From positions 1 to 48,360 of the forward strand of contig JAVBQZ010000133.1 in NCBI GenBank assembly GCA_031548505.1: a DNA stretch of 48,360 nucleotides, in the 5' to 3' direction. The stretch is from Bdellovibrionota bacterium (GTDB lineage Bacteria > Bdellovibrionota_C > UBA2361 > SZUA-149 > JAITKM01). Under the pieces are notes generated by a model. It made no database searches. It was not told where the DNA came from and saw only the letters and a program-made list of their open reading frames with translations. Position numbers and translations under genes: made by a program. Below are positions 9,129 through 17,214 of this stretch, one piece after another; position 1 is the first letter of the stretch; every line of letters starts with the position of its first letter.

Positions 9129-9662
9129 ATGGAAGAATTTTTAAAATATATAATTGACTTAGCACCAATTTGGGTTCCCACAGGGATATGTTTAGTTTTT
9201 AAATCTATTTTAAAAGCTGATTTACAGCAATATAAAAGCGAGCTTGAGAAAGAACTAAAGATTGTACAAAAAGATTTAGATATTCTCAAAAATAAAGACA
9301 TCGTTTGCCTACACGAGAAGATAAAGATATATCAGTCGGGAATTGATTTTATTGCTAAAACATTATCTGATTTTACCAAATTCGACTTTAGGCCTAATTC
9401 GTTAAAGTTGCCGACGCCTGAATATATGAGGGAGCTAAATACCGAGAGGCTAAAACTTTATGGGCGTATTGCCACGATCGCACCTCAATCATTAATAAAG
9501 GCACAAGATAGGCTGATAGACTATCTATTTGAAGTAGTAGAAGGGAAGATTGATTACAGCTGGGAAAATGAAGTGCGCCCTAGATCTTTAGAACTTCTCA
9601 ATGAAATTAGAAAAGACTTAGGGTTAAATACAGAAAAAATTTCTTATTTTGGGGAAAGGTAA
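9129..9662 (+). CDS. Hypothetical protein with N-terminal TM segment and coiled-coil region
   Basis: 177 aa. IIDLAPIWVPTGICLVF is followed by heptad-like sequence, LQQYKSELEKELKIVQKDLDILK. Confidence 0.5.
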   Translation: MEEFLKYIIDLAPIWVPTGICLVFKSILKADLQQYKSELEKELKIVQKDLDILKNKDIVCLHEKIKIYQSGIDFIAKTLSDFTKFDFRPNSLKLPTPEYMRELNTERLKLYGRIATIAPQSLIKAQDRLIDYLFEVVEGKIDYSWENEVRPRSLELLNEIRKDLGLNTEKISYFGER

Positions 9663-9670
9663 CCCCCCCT

Positions 9671-9700
9671 TAACACTACCCCTCTAAATGCTGTATAATG
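9671..9700 (+). promoter_or_regulatory. Sigma70-like promoter upstream of the Dit-like gene
   Basis: TTAACA (9671-9676), 18-nt spacer, TATAAT (9695-9700). The -35 shares TTAACAC with the three late promoters. A C7 run (9664-9670) lies directly upstream. Confidence 0.45.
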
Positions 9701-9735
9701 CTCCTGTAAAATAAAAACTCACACAGGAACACTAT

Positions 9736-10623
9736 ATGGCAATAGCAAACACTATACTCAACACCGCATCATCTATTAATTCAGTCGGGCAATACGCAGA
9801 AGCCATATACAACCAGTATATCGTGACGTCATCGACACTGCCGGAAGGCGTGCAAGGCTTTGTATTCGATATTTTCAAGGAAAATTCAATCGAGTTAGAA
9901 GCCGAAATCACCGACCATTACGTAGAAGATAATTCTTACATGCAGGACCATATTGCAGAGAGACCGGAACGTGTTTCATTGTCTGGTTTAGTTGGTGAGC
10001 TGACAATGCAAGACACTATTGGCAGTGTCAGAGATGCGCTAAATAGCGATAATTTGTCGGTTAGTGATGTTCTTAACAACAACGCATTGATTGATACTGC
10101 CACACAAAAGATGGGTATATTAGAAGCGTTATTACCGCCTTTATCTAATAGAGATTACAATCTATTTATGAAGGCACAAGATGCTTACAGACAGTCAACA
10201 GCATTGCTTAGAAAAGGGCAAGAACTGAATTTATACGAGTTATTTGAGCAAAAGGCAGTAGCGGTTACTAAGCAAGCAAAGGCGTTTCAGTTCTTTCAAG
10301 AGGCGTTAAAAAATAGAATCTCACTTATAGTTGTTACTCCGTTTCAGGAATTAGATAATATGTTCATTGAGAGCATACGCGCTAATAGGTCGGAGAGTAC
10401 CGGCGTTTCTAATTTTGAGGTTAGGCTTAAAAGGGTTAGGACTGCGCAAACTAAGGTTACGCAGAAAAAGGCAGTTGGTAGGACTGCTATGCAAAAGCAG
10501 GAGACGGTTGATCACGGGTTGGATAATGGGAAGAAGGTAAGTGATGAGATGAAAGCAACAATTGGTGCTGGTTACACTAGGGCGCTTTTTGGAGGTGATT
10601 TCGACTATAAGATAAAATTATAA
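9736..10623 (+). CDS. Putative tail/baseplate protein (Dit-like N-terminal domain)
   Basis: 295 aa. EITDHYVEDNSYMQDHIAERPERVSLSGLVGE and the later LIVVTPFQELDNMFIESI match my memory of a myophage tail-protein family (T.HPVEdGs.isDH...P..l.l.G; vvT...y.nM.i.s). From memory only. Confidence 0.5.
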   Translation: MAIANTILNTASSINSVGQYAEAIYNQYIVTSSTLPEGVQGFVFDIFKENSIELEAEITDHYVEDNSYMQDHIAERPERVSLSGLVGELTMQDTIGSVRDALNSDNLSVSDVLNNNALIDTATQKMGILEALLPPLSNRDYNLFMKAQDAYRQSTALLRKGQELNLYELFEQKAVAVTKQAKAFQFFQEALKNRISLIVVTPFQELDNMFIESIRANRSESTGVSNFEVRLKRVRTAQTKVTQKKAVGRTAMQKQETVDHGLDNGKKVSDEMKATIGAGYTRALFGGDFDYKIKL

Positions 10624-10698
10624 CAAGGATACATTAAGAGAACGATTACGCCAACATGAGTATGCCGGCACCGACGAGGTAGGGAAGGATATAATAAG

Positions 10699-11286
10699 TT
10701 ATGGTGTCACATGATTAGGTGTTGGATTAGGATAGTCTGGCAATCCAATTCGATTTATATAATTAGCAAATCTTTGCGATAGTTGTTCTCGAACTGGGAT
10801 ATTCAGAGACGTTTTATATTTTTCTTTATGATTATTATACAGCGAATTAAAAGAAACGGAGAAGTGTATTTTAAAATCAATAACTAAATCGGTTGGAAGT
10901 TCTGAAAGAGCAGAATTTATAAAGTGATATCTAGGGTCGCTGTTGCTTTTGATAAATTTAAACCTATCTTTGTTTAACTGATCTTGCTTTATACCAAATA
11001 TGTTAATTAGATGTTCCCCTAGTTTCAAAATATCTGCTTCAAAAATAGGCAAAATAAGAACATTGGGCAAAAACTGATGATTAAGAGATACATTATCCTT
11101 ATTTTTATGGTATTGGCATAAATCACAGTCTTGAGACATAATAGCTATATAAGGAAAGTTAAATTTTTTAACTAAATCGGTGCCGCCTATTTCGCTAACA
11201 ATAGTGGTTATGGTATATCCTCCTAATATATCTCCTTGGCATATTCTTTCTATAGGATCTTTTTTTATACAAAAGGTATTACTCAT
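10699..11286 (-). CDS. Hypothetical protein C of the three-gene operon, 195 aa
   Basis: Motifs CQGDIL, IAIMSQDCDL, LILPIF and a C-terminal LSQRFANYINRIGLPDYP. Its start overlaps the upstream stop by 8 nt. Confidence 0.65.
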   Translation of the reverse strand: MSNTFCIKKDPIERICQGDILGGYTITTIVSEIGGTDLVKKFNFPYIAIMSQDCDLCQYHKNKDNVSLNHQFLPNVLILPIFEADILKLGEHLINIFGIKQDQLNKDRFKFIKSNSDPRYHFINSALSELPTDLVIDFKIHFSVSFNSLYNNHKEKYKTSLNIPVREQLSQRFANYINRIGLPDYPNPTPNHVTP

Positions 11287-11488
11287 CGTCTATTTTAATT
11301 ACAGCAATAACCTTATTTCCAGATCTAGGTTTTACATAATCACTATTGATTTTATGGAGGTTTGGATTTTCTTTATATGTGTCCATATATGCCTCTCCCG
11401 CCTTTATATTAAATTTATACACAGCGTCATCCGTTATGATACGATAATCGCTGTTATTGTTATTCGCTTTTTTATATGTCATATACAA
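11279..11488 (-). CDS. Hypothetical small protein B of the three-gene operon, 69 aa
   Basis: Overlaps the upstream gene by 10 nt and the downstream gene by 8 nt, which suggests translational coupling. No family recognised. Confidence 0.55.
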   Translation of the reverse strand: MYMTYKKANNNNSDYRIITDDAVYKFNIKAGEAYMDTYKENPNLHKINSDYVKPRSGNKVIAVIKIDDE

Positions 11489-12228
11489 ATCCCTTTTTGA
11501 ACTAGAACATCACGTATATGTTTGTTAAACTCTATTTTAATTACTTGAGTATATGCTTCATTTAAATACTTATCCACATCGTCACTATAAAAATTAACAA
11601 CACACGCATCGTAGTCTAAAACAAATTCCTTTTGTTTTATTACAGCAGGAAAATAACTATTAAATAATCCAAAATTTATTGTTAAAGAAAAATCATCTTT
11701 ATTTAAAACTACTGCCTGCAGGTTTCTCCTAAGTTCTTCAGATGTTTTATAGCCGTCAAGAAACGCAATCACATCACTTGAGAAACAGTCCTTGTAATCT
11801 AATTGCAAGCTATTCAAGTTAAAAAGATTTATATATCTAAGTCCTAGCCTAAAGATATTTTTAACTTCAAGTTCTTTAATAAAAATAGATAATACCTTTT
11901 TTATTAGATCTTCTAACTTTTCGAAAGATGTATATACTAAGGTTTCGAAACCAATATTATTATAGTTAATTCTAATAATAACGTCTTGCAACGTCAGGAC
12001 GTGTTCTTGCAACATGATAACTCTAAAAGACTTAAGCTGTGAAGCTGTGTCGTCAGGGGAAAATACTGTCGAATTAACTACACTTGTCTTAATATCCGAG
12101 TATAGTGCCTGTATAGAGCTAACTATATTCCCAGATTTGGTCCCCCATGCCTCATGACTTACTGGTGGGATATCCAACCTGAATATAACATTAGTCTTAA
12201 AGCCATTTTCGTTGTTAATCTCTGCCAT
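11479..12228 (-). CDS. TIGR04255-like protein (protein A of the three-gene operon)
   Basis: 249 aa. The N-terminal NVIFRLDIPP and the internal RLGLRYINLF resemble the hallmarks of the uncharacterised TIGR04255 family (GLRYiN motif). From memory only. Confidence 0.6.
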   Translation of the reverse strand: MAEINNENGFKTNVIFRLDIPPVSHEAWGTKSGNIVSSIQALYSDIKTSVVNSTVFSPDDTASQLKSFRVIMLQEHVLTLQDVIIRINYNNIGFETLVYTSFEKLEDLIKKVLSIFIKELEVKNIFRLGLRYINLFNLNSLQLDYKDCFSSDVIAFLDGYKTSEELRRNLQAVVLNKDDFSLTINFGLFNSYFPAVIKQKEFVLDYDACVVNFYSDDVDKYLNEAYTQVIKIEFNKHIRDVLVQKGICI

Positions 12229-12539
12229 AATCGCCCTTGCCTTAAATAATTAAAATAAAATAATTAAAATACGAAAAATATCTGCGCCAATAATATTTGG
12301 AATATACTCATTATTGATACGTAATATAAGAGAACAATCGGAATATGTAAAAGACAATTTCATACTGTTATTAACAAAATTTAATCTAGTGTTTCATTTC
12401 TATCTAGCAATATAGCAAATGTCAATTTGATCATTCTTTTAGATGTTTATCCACTACTTAAAGTTGCTTAAATTCCATAGAATCAACGATTTAGCCTCCA
12501 TTTGAACTTTTTCATATTTTTATATAAGGTACACGCAGT

Positions 12540-12800
12540 TTGATTACGCGATTAATCAATCATATAAAATATAAAGGAGAATTATATATATTTAATTCCA
12601 TTATTTCAGTTTTCTGCATTGCAATAGGGATTATAATATTTGTTGTTTCTTTATTCGCAATATTGCCTTATGGAGCTATACAAGAGGCTGTCAAGTATCT
12701 TGCCTTTGTTTGTGCCTCAATTTTTCTTGTGGGTGATTTTATGTTGGGAATATTGAGTGACATTCTTATAGAGATTAGAAACACAAAAAATGTAGGGTGA
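12540..12800 (+). CDS. Small membrane protein, about 2 TM segments
   Basis: 86-aa ORF with a TTG start. Hydrophobic stretches IISVFCIAIGIIIFVVSLFAIL and LAFVCASIFLVGDFMLGIL. Its stop overlaps the GTG at 12797 of the next gene. Confidence 0.4.
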   Translation: MITRLINHIKYKGELYIFNSIISVFCIAIGIIIFVVSLFAILPYGAIQEAVKYLAFVCASIFLVGDFMLGILSDILIEIRNTKNVG

Positions 12801-14203
12801 TAAGAATGCTAATACCGAGCAATAAAAGTAAGTGGACGACTTTTGTATTGATGATATTTTTAGGTATGTTTGGTGTCCACAGACTTTATACAAAAAATTA
12901 TAAAACGTTTTCCATTTATGTAATTCTTTGGTGTATTGTATATAACAGTCCGTCACAAGGGAATACATCCACAATTTTTACTGTTTTTATTATTCTCTAT
13001 TGGCTTACCGATATAGTTGTTTTTTTGTTTTGGACGATAAAATTAGCTATTTTTGGTAACTCTAAAAGCGAGATAGTAAGTAACTCAATTCATAACATTA
13101 GTGCAAACGGAGAAGACAGCATAACCCAAACAGAGCTAATGTGTGCGGGTAATAAAATTTTATTGCATCCAGACTTGCATGGGCTAGTTTGGATTGCAGA
13201 TGGCAAATATAGAAACTACAATGGGGAAGTTAGTAATAAACAAAATATCTCAACAGTTGGAGGTAACTTTACAATTTCATTCAGCTTTAACGATAATTTT
13301 GGGGCAGTAGGCGTTGAAGAGCCAAGTTTGATATATACAAAACTAGAACTAACCAAGCCTAGAACATCAGTTGAACGCCCATCTTATTTCCCAAGCTATA
13401 GCGGACTAACTCCAGGGCAGCGGTGGACATATCTACAACTATTAATAAATCCATACGATATGAGCATTGATATAGGATATGTGTTTGTCCTATATTATGG
13501 ACTAGAAAGGCATCTTTTGCTTGGTGATTTTGATAGGGCATTTGAAGCAATTTTAAAACTCCGTGATGTTCATCAAAACAAATCATTTCAATTTTATTCG
13601 GCTAATGCGCTAATCCTAGCATCTATGATGCATAAACGTGGAGAGAAACTGCTAGACTTTGTTAATTCTCTTGATAAGGAGTATGAATATAATTTCTCAA
13701 ATAATTTGTTTTTAATTTGTTATTATAGTTTTGGCATACCATTGCAAGCCGGAAATATAATGAGAATGGCCAAAATGGCTGATTTTTCAAATACTAACTA
13801 CATAAAAAAATACCCTGGTATTTTTTGCGCTACATTGTCGGATGTTTTACTTGAAAAGTATGGAGAAAGTAACATTTTACTGAGTAAGATTATAGATATA
13901 TCTGAATTAGAAAAAATAAAACACGAAAAATCAAATATTTTTGCTAATGTATCAATTATTGACGTAAAAATACATGTTCCTATTTTGGACAATAATCCCA
14001 AGTTAAAAAAAGCAATGAATTCATTGCTTAAAGAAGCGCACAGTAGAACCAAGGTAAAATTATCAGCAATGAGGAAAGACGGAACTCTAGAGAAATATAA
14101 TGAGAAGAAAATAGAAATAAAGAAAATAGAAATAAAGAAAATAGAAACCGCGAATTCTGAAAATAATTTAAATATTTTTGGCGAGCCAGTAGAAACAGAT
14201 TAA
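12797..14203 (+). CDS. TM2-domain / TerB_N-domain fusion membrane protein
   Basis: 468 aa from GTG 12797, or from ATG 12806. N-terminal TM2 signature FVLMIFLGMFGVHRLYTKNY plus further TM segments. Central YFPSYSGLTPGQRWTYLQLL...IGYVFVLYYGLERHLL matches the TerB N-terminal domain pattern. C-terminal (KKIEI)x3 repeat. Confidence 0.7.
   Translation: MIRMLIPSNKSKWTTFVLMIFLGMFGVHRLYTKNYKTFSIYVILWCIVYNSPSQGNTSTIFTVFIILYWLTDIVVFLFWTIKLAIFGNSKSEIVSNSIHNISANGEDSITQTELMCAGNKILLHPDLHGLVWIADGKYRNYNGEVSNKQNISTVGGNFTISFSFNDNFGAVGVEEPSLIYTKLELTKPRTSVERPSYFPSYSGLTPGQRWTYLQLLINPYDMSIDIGYVFVLYYGLERHLLLGDFDRAFEAILKLRDVHQNKSFQFYSANALILASMMHKRGEKLLDFVNSLDKEYEYNFSNNLFLICYYSFGIPLQAGNIMRMAKMADFSNTNYIKKYPGIFCATLSDVLLEKYGESNILLSKIIDISELEKIKHEKSNIFANVSIIDVKIHVPILDNNPKLKKAMNSLLKEAHSRTKVKLSAMRKDGTLEKYNEKKIEIKKIEIKKIETANSENNLNIFGEPVETD
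14105..14149 (+). repeat. Tandem repeat, 3 x 15 bp (aagaaaatagaaata), within the CDS
   Basis: Units at 14105-14119 and 14120-14134 are identical. The unit at 14135-14149 differs in its last 2 nt. Encodes KKIEIKKIEIKKIE. Confidence 0.9.
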
Positions 14204-14339
14204 TTATTTAATATAGCCTAATTAGGCTTGTCCTGTTTTTACATACAATTATAATTATAAAGATGATATTAGCTGAAATGAGCCCAAGGACATCTAATTA
14301 ATTTTATAACCCCTACTATACTAACTCAATTGGAGTTTT

Positions 14340-14747
14340 ATGAACAAAACAATTATCATAACAATATTCCTTGCCCTACTAACCTCGTGCACGGATAAGG
14401 CTACTAAGCTCTGCGAAGAAACTATAGATGACAAAAAATATTGTAAGTGCATTGTCAAAGCAGCCAAAGATAATGGGGTTGATGAGGTTGAAGATTTCAT
14501 CACCGTTGCTAGTGACGATGAAGCGAGGCAGGAATATAAACGTATGTTGCTATTTAGCGGTGGCATTAGTGAGAAAGCATCTCGTTACTTAAAAGTAATA
14601 GGGGATATTGATAACTTTTGTGCAATGAGTAGGTCAATGAGAGAAATTGAAAGCGATATGAAAGAGCAGAGAAAGTATATAGAATCGCGAGGCAAGACTT
14701 CAGTGCCTGAAAAATGGCGCGATGGAACGCTTGGAGAAGGTATTTAA
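14340..14747 (+). CDS. Lipoprotein (prophage moron)
   Basis: 135 aa. Signal plus lipobox MNKTIIITIFLALLTSC. Convergent with the tape measure gene, with 3 nt between the stops. Confidence 0.6.
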   Translation: MNKTIIITIFLALLTSCTDKATKLCEETIDDKKYCKCIVKAAKDNGVDEVEDFITVASDDEARQEYKRMLLFSGGISEKASRYLKVIGDIDNFCAMSRSMREIESDMKEQRKYIESRGKTSVPEKWRDGTLGEGI

Positions 14748-14750
14748 TAT

Positions 14751-16106
14751 TTAAATATTCGGGCTGTTAATTTGCATTATTGTGCTACTTAGGGCATTGC
14801 TTAGGTTTTCCTCTGCCGCTTTATACATATTGTCCAAAAACTCCTGCGGGTTTTTGAGATCGGCTGGTATAGTTATATTTTGAGTAACACTAACGTTATT
14901 GTTTGTTGGGTTAGTAGCTTCGTGTTTTTTGATTATTCCCATTAAATTAGAATAGCCCACATAGCGTCTATCTTTTGCGCTGTAAGAAAGCCCCCCTGTT
15001 TTTTCGTCAAAATTTACTAAACCATATTGCATCATTTTGTAATGAAAATCGTCTAATTTATCTTGTCCTATCTCTTCATTTGTTTTGCCACTTCCAAATG
15101 TCCTGCTACGTAAATCTGTCACAATTACTTCGTTCAAGTTTATTTTTGCCTGTTCTAATTGCGCTCTTCTTTTCTGGGCATGTTTGCTATCCTTGCCCCA
15201 AAAATCTTCTGCATGTTTAAGTTCCGCTTCAAAGCTGTCTATATCATCTTTTGCTTTTTTATATTTAGCTGATTGCACGATGTCATTAGCAACAGAGTTT
15301 GGATTGCCGCTTAATACAGCCTTAGCTTCATTAATCAGCATTATTCCCATCCCAAAAACAGCTAAAAGCGGTGCTTTTATCGCTGCTAACACGCCGCCCG
15401 CGACAAGCAATATTTTAGCAACATTCTCCCAGCCGCCAAGCGCGTCAGCAAATTCATTTCCCATTTCGCGCAAGTTTTCAAATGTGTTTATTAGTGGCTT
15501 AGTCAATGTATCGCTAGAAATTATTTTCTTCCACATACCTGACATTTCAAGCTTAAGCAGTCGCCAAGAATGATTGAGTTCCATCACATTATCCCTATCT
15601 TCCTTTGTTAGCTGTAATTTCTTAAACCTTTCTAACTCATCGGCGGATTGATGCATTAGCAAGACCATTTCAGGACTTACTCCGAGCTTGCCTAAGTATT
15701 CGTTTCTAACTCCAGCATTCTTGATTTTGTCAGCGCGCTTGATGATTTGCTCTAATTTAGCGAAAGCGTCAGTATTCGGATTTATGCCGAACATCATCTG
15801 TGTTTTTTGAGCGTTGAAGCTAGATAAATTCTTCAATGAGCTTTCCAACGCGCTAACTTCTACACCTGCTAGTTTAGCGCGTGTTTCCCATTCCTGAAAT
15901 TTATCTGCATTGATGCCGGATAGCTTTTGAATTTTATCGAGATGCGCAACGTAGTCCATCGTTTCGCCAGCGAGCTGTTGAAATACACGTCCTACGCTTT
16001 TAATGCCCTGTTCAAGCACCATTATTTGCCCTAAGGCTTGATTTAGTCCCTTGTTAAAGCCTTGCGGGTTTATGCCGAGTTCAATGAATGCTTCACCTAG
16101 TTTCAT
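14751..16106 (-). CDS. Tail tape measure protein
   Basis: 451 aa, largely helical. Has an internal hydrophobic Gly/Ala segment, ILLVAGGVLAAIKAPLLAVFGMGIML. Lies immediately downstream of the tube and chaperone genes. Confidence 0.8.
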   Translation of the reverse strand: MKLGEAFIELGINPQGFNKGLNQALGQIMVLEQGIKSVGRVFQQLAGETMDYVAHLDKIQKLSGINADKFQEWETRAKLAGVEVSALESSLKNLSSFNAQKTQMMFGINPNTDAFAKLEQIIKRADKIKNAGVRNEYLGKLGVSPEMVLLMHQSADELERFKKLQLTKEDRDNVMELNHSWRLLKLEMSGMWKKIISSDTLTKPLINTFENLREMGNEFADALGGWENVAKILLVAGGVLAAIKAPLLAVFGMGIMLINEAKAVLSGNPNSVANDIVQSAKYKKAKDDIDSFEAELKHAEDFWGKDSKHAQKRRAQLEQAKINLNEVIVTDLRSRTFGSGKTNEEIGQDKLDDFHYKMMQYGLVNFDEKTGGLSYSAKDRRYVGYSNLMGIIKKHEATNPTNNNVSVTQNITIPADLKNPQEFLDNMYKAAEENLSNALSSTIMQINSPNI

Positions 16107-16251
16107 ATTTCGCCCTTAATTTCGCATTATATTCAGTTTCGTAATCAGCTAAAAAGTTCTCAAACCCCTTCATCTTTAGCACTACATCAGTAGGCATTGC
16201 CCTAAGTTCATTATAACTTCCGTAACCTTTCTTAACTAAGTTAAATAACAT
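16093..16251 (-). CDS. Frame -1 extension of the tail assembly chaperone, or an independent 52-aa ORF
   Basis: The frame -1 relative to 16278..16721 is open from about 16290 to the stop at 16093-16095, some 66 codons. It overlaps the tape measure start. There is an internal ATG at 16249-16251. Confidence 0.4.
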   Translation of the reverse strand: MLFNLVKKGYGSYNELRAMPTDVVLKMKGFENFLADYETEYNAKLRAKYETR

Positions 16252-16277
16252 ATAATCGAAGTCGTTCTGTTCTCCCT

Positions 16278-16721
16278 TTATTTTTGCGGCATCTCGTTCG
16301 ATTTCTCGCTCGTATTCTCTCCCTGCGTTTGTGCGAATAACTTCAATGCCGCTTCGGGTAAAAAAGGGGATACGTTCTCCTTGCCGATATGATAAACAAC
16401 AGGGAAGAAGTCTTTGCGCGCTTTAACGTCTTCAAAGAGCTCAGGTTCAACGATAGCACCGTTATACTGGCAACGCCTACCACATTTCCAAATAACATTT
16501 AAAACGTCATCAGATGTGAATACGCCTGTAATCGTCTTGATTATAGTATCTGCGTTACTGGCAATGATGTTAGATAAATCAGAACCTAAATCTAATTTAT
16601 CTAATTTAATTCCTCTTGTTTCTATGTTGCGTTGTAAGGCTTGAAATAACTCAAGCCCGGTAGCAAAATCAGCAATGGTAATATCTAATTTTGCACCGCT
16701 ATTTAGTTTTATTTTTTCCAT
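16278..16721 (-). CDS. Tail assembly chaperone
   Basis: Trimmed to ATG 16721 (MEKIKLNSG), 19 nt after the tube gene stop. Lies between the tube and tape measure genes and has a downstream overlapping frame. Confidence 0.6.
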   Translation of the reverse strand: MEKIKLNSGAKLDITIADFATGLELFQALQRNIETRGIKLDKLDLGSDLSNIIASNADTIIKTITGVFTSDDVLNVIWKCGRRCQYNGAIVEPELFEDVKARKDFFPVVYHIGKENVSPFLPEAALKLFAQTQGENTSEKSNEMPQK

Positions 16722-16740
16722 AAATAAATTTATTGTAGAT

Positions 16741-17196
16741 TTAAGATAATACGCGCTTGACGTTTCCAAAATTAAAACTATAAACACTAACGACTTGCTC
16801 AACATCGCCTTCAGTATTTACTTTTGTTTCTACTGCTTTTGATGGAACGCCAAATTCGCAATCATAGATGTCGTTACTAACCTGTCCTGTGCCATCGCTA
16901 AAACGCTTAGTGATTGCGGCTGAGACAACTCTGAACGCTACCGAATCTTGCTCGTAAGAATTTATAATGCTCTGCAAAAACTTATCGTCAGTGCTCGCAC
17001 GAACTACTCTAAGTTCTAACGCACCTACCTTGCCTGATTGGTTAGGCGAGTGAATAACGTTGCCATTATAACCTCTAGTTGTCGTGGATAAATCAGATCC
17101 GAATGTTAATACTCCAACATCCGCATTTGCTAAGTCTGCGAGTATGCGCCCATTAATAATTACGCTGTCTTTCCCACTTAAAGTTACAGTTGCCAT
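16741..17196 (-). CDS. Tail tube protein
   Basis: 151 aa, directly downstream of the sheath gene. Size and position are typical; I recall it as DUF3277-like. Confidence 0.65.
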   Translation of the reverse strand: MATVTLSGKDSVIINGRILADLANADVGVLTFGSDLSTTTRGYNGNVIHSPNQSGKVGALELRVVRASTDDKFLQSIINSYEQDSVAFRVVSAAITKRFSDGTGQVSNDIYDCEFGVPSKAVETKVNTEGDVEQVVSVYSFNFGNVKRVLS

Positions 17197-17214
17197 ATTT
17201 TTAGTCTCCTTTTA

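Noticed and set aside
14105-14149. Tandem repeat considered as a CRISPR-like array or VNTR locus; the 21-bp repeats at 40222-40287 were considered likewise
   Set aside because: The units are contiguous, or only two copies exist, and both lie inside coding sequence. There are no spacer-like unique segments and no cas genes in the window. There is no CRISPR array here.
15085-15573. 162-aa plus-strand ORF inside the tape measure gene (also 14975..15220)
   Set aside because: It is antisense to the tape measure gene. Its Ser/Ala/Leu-rich low-complexity composition is typical of shadow frames.
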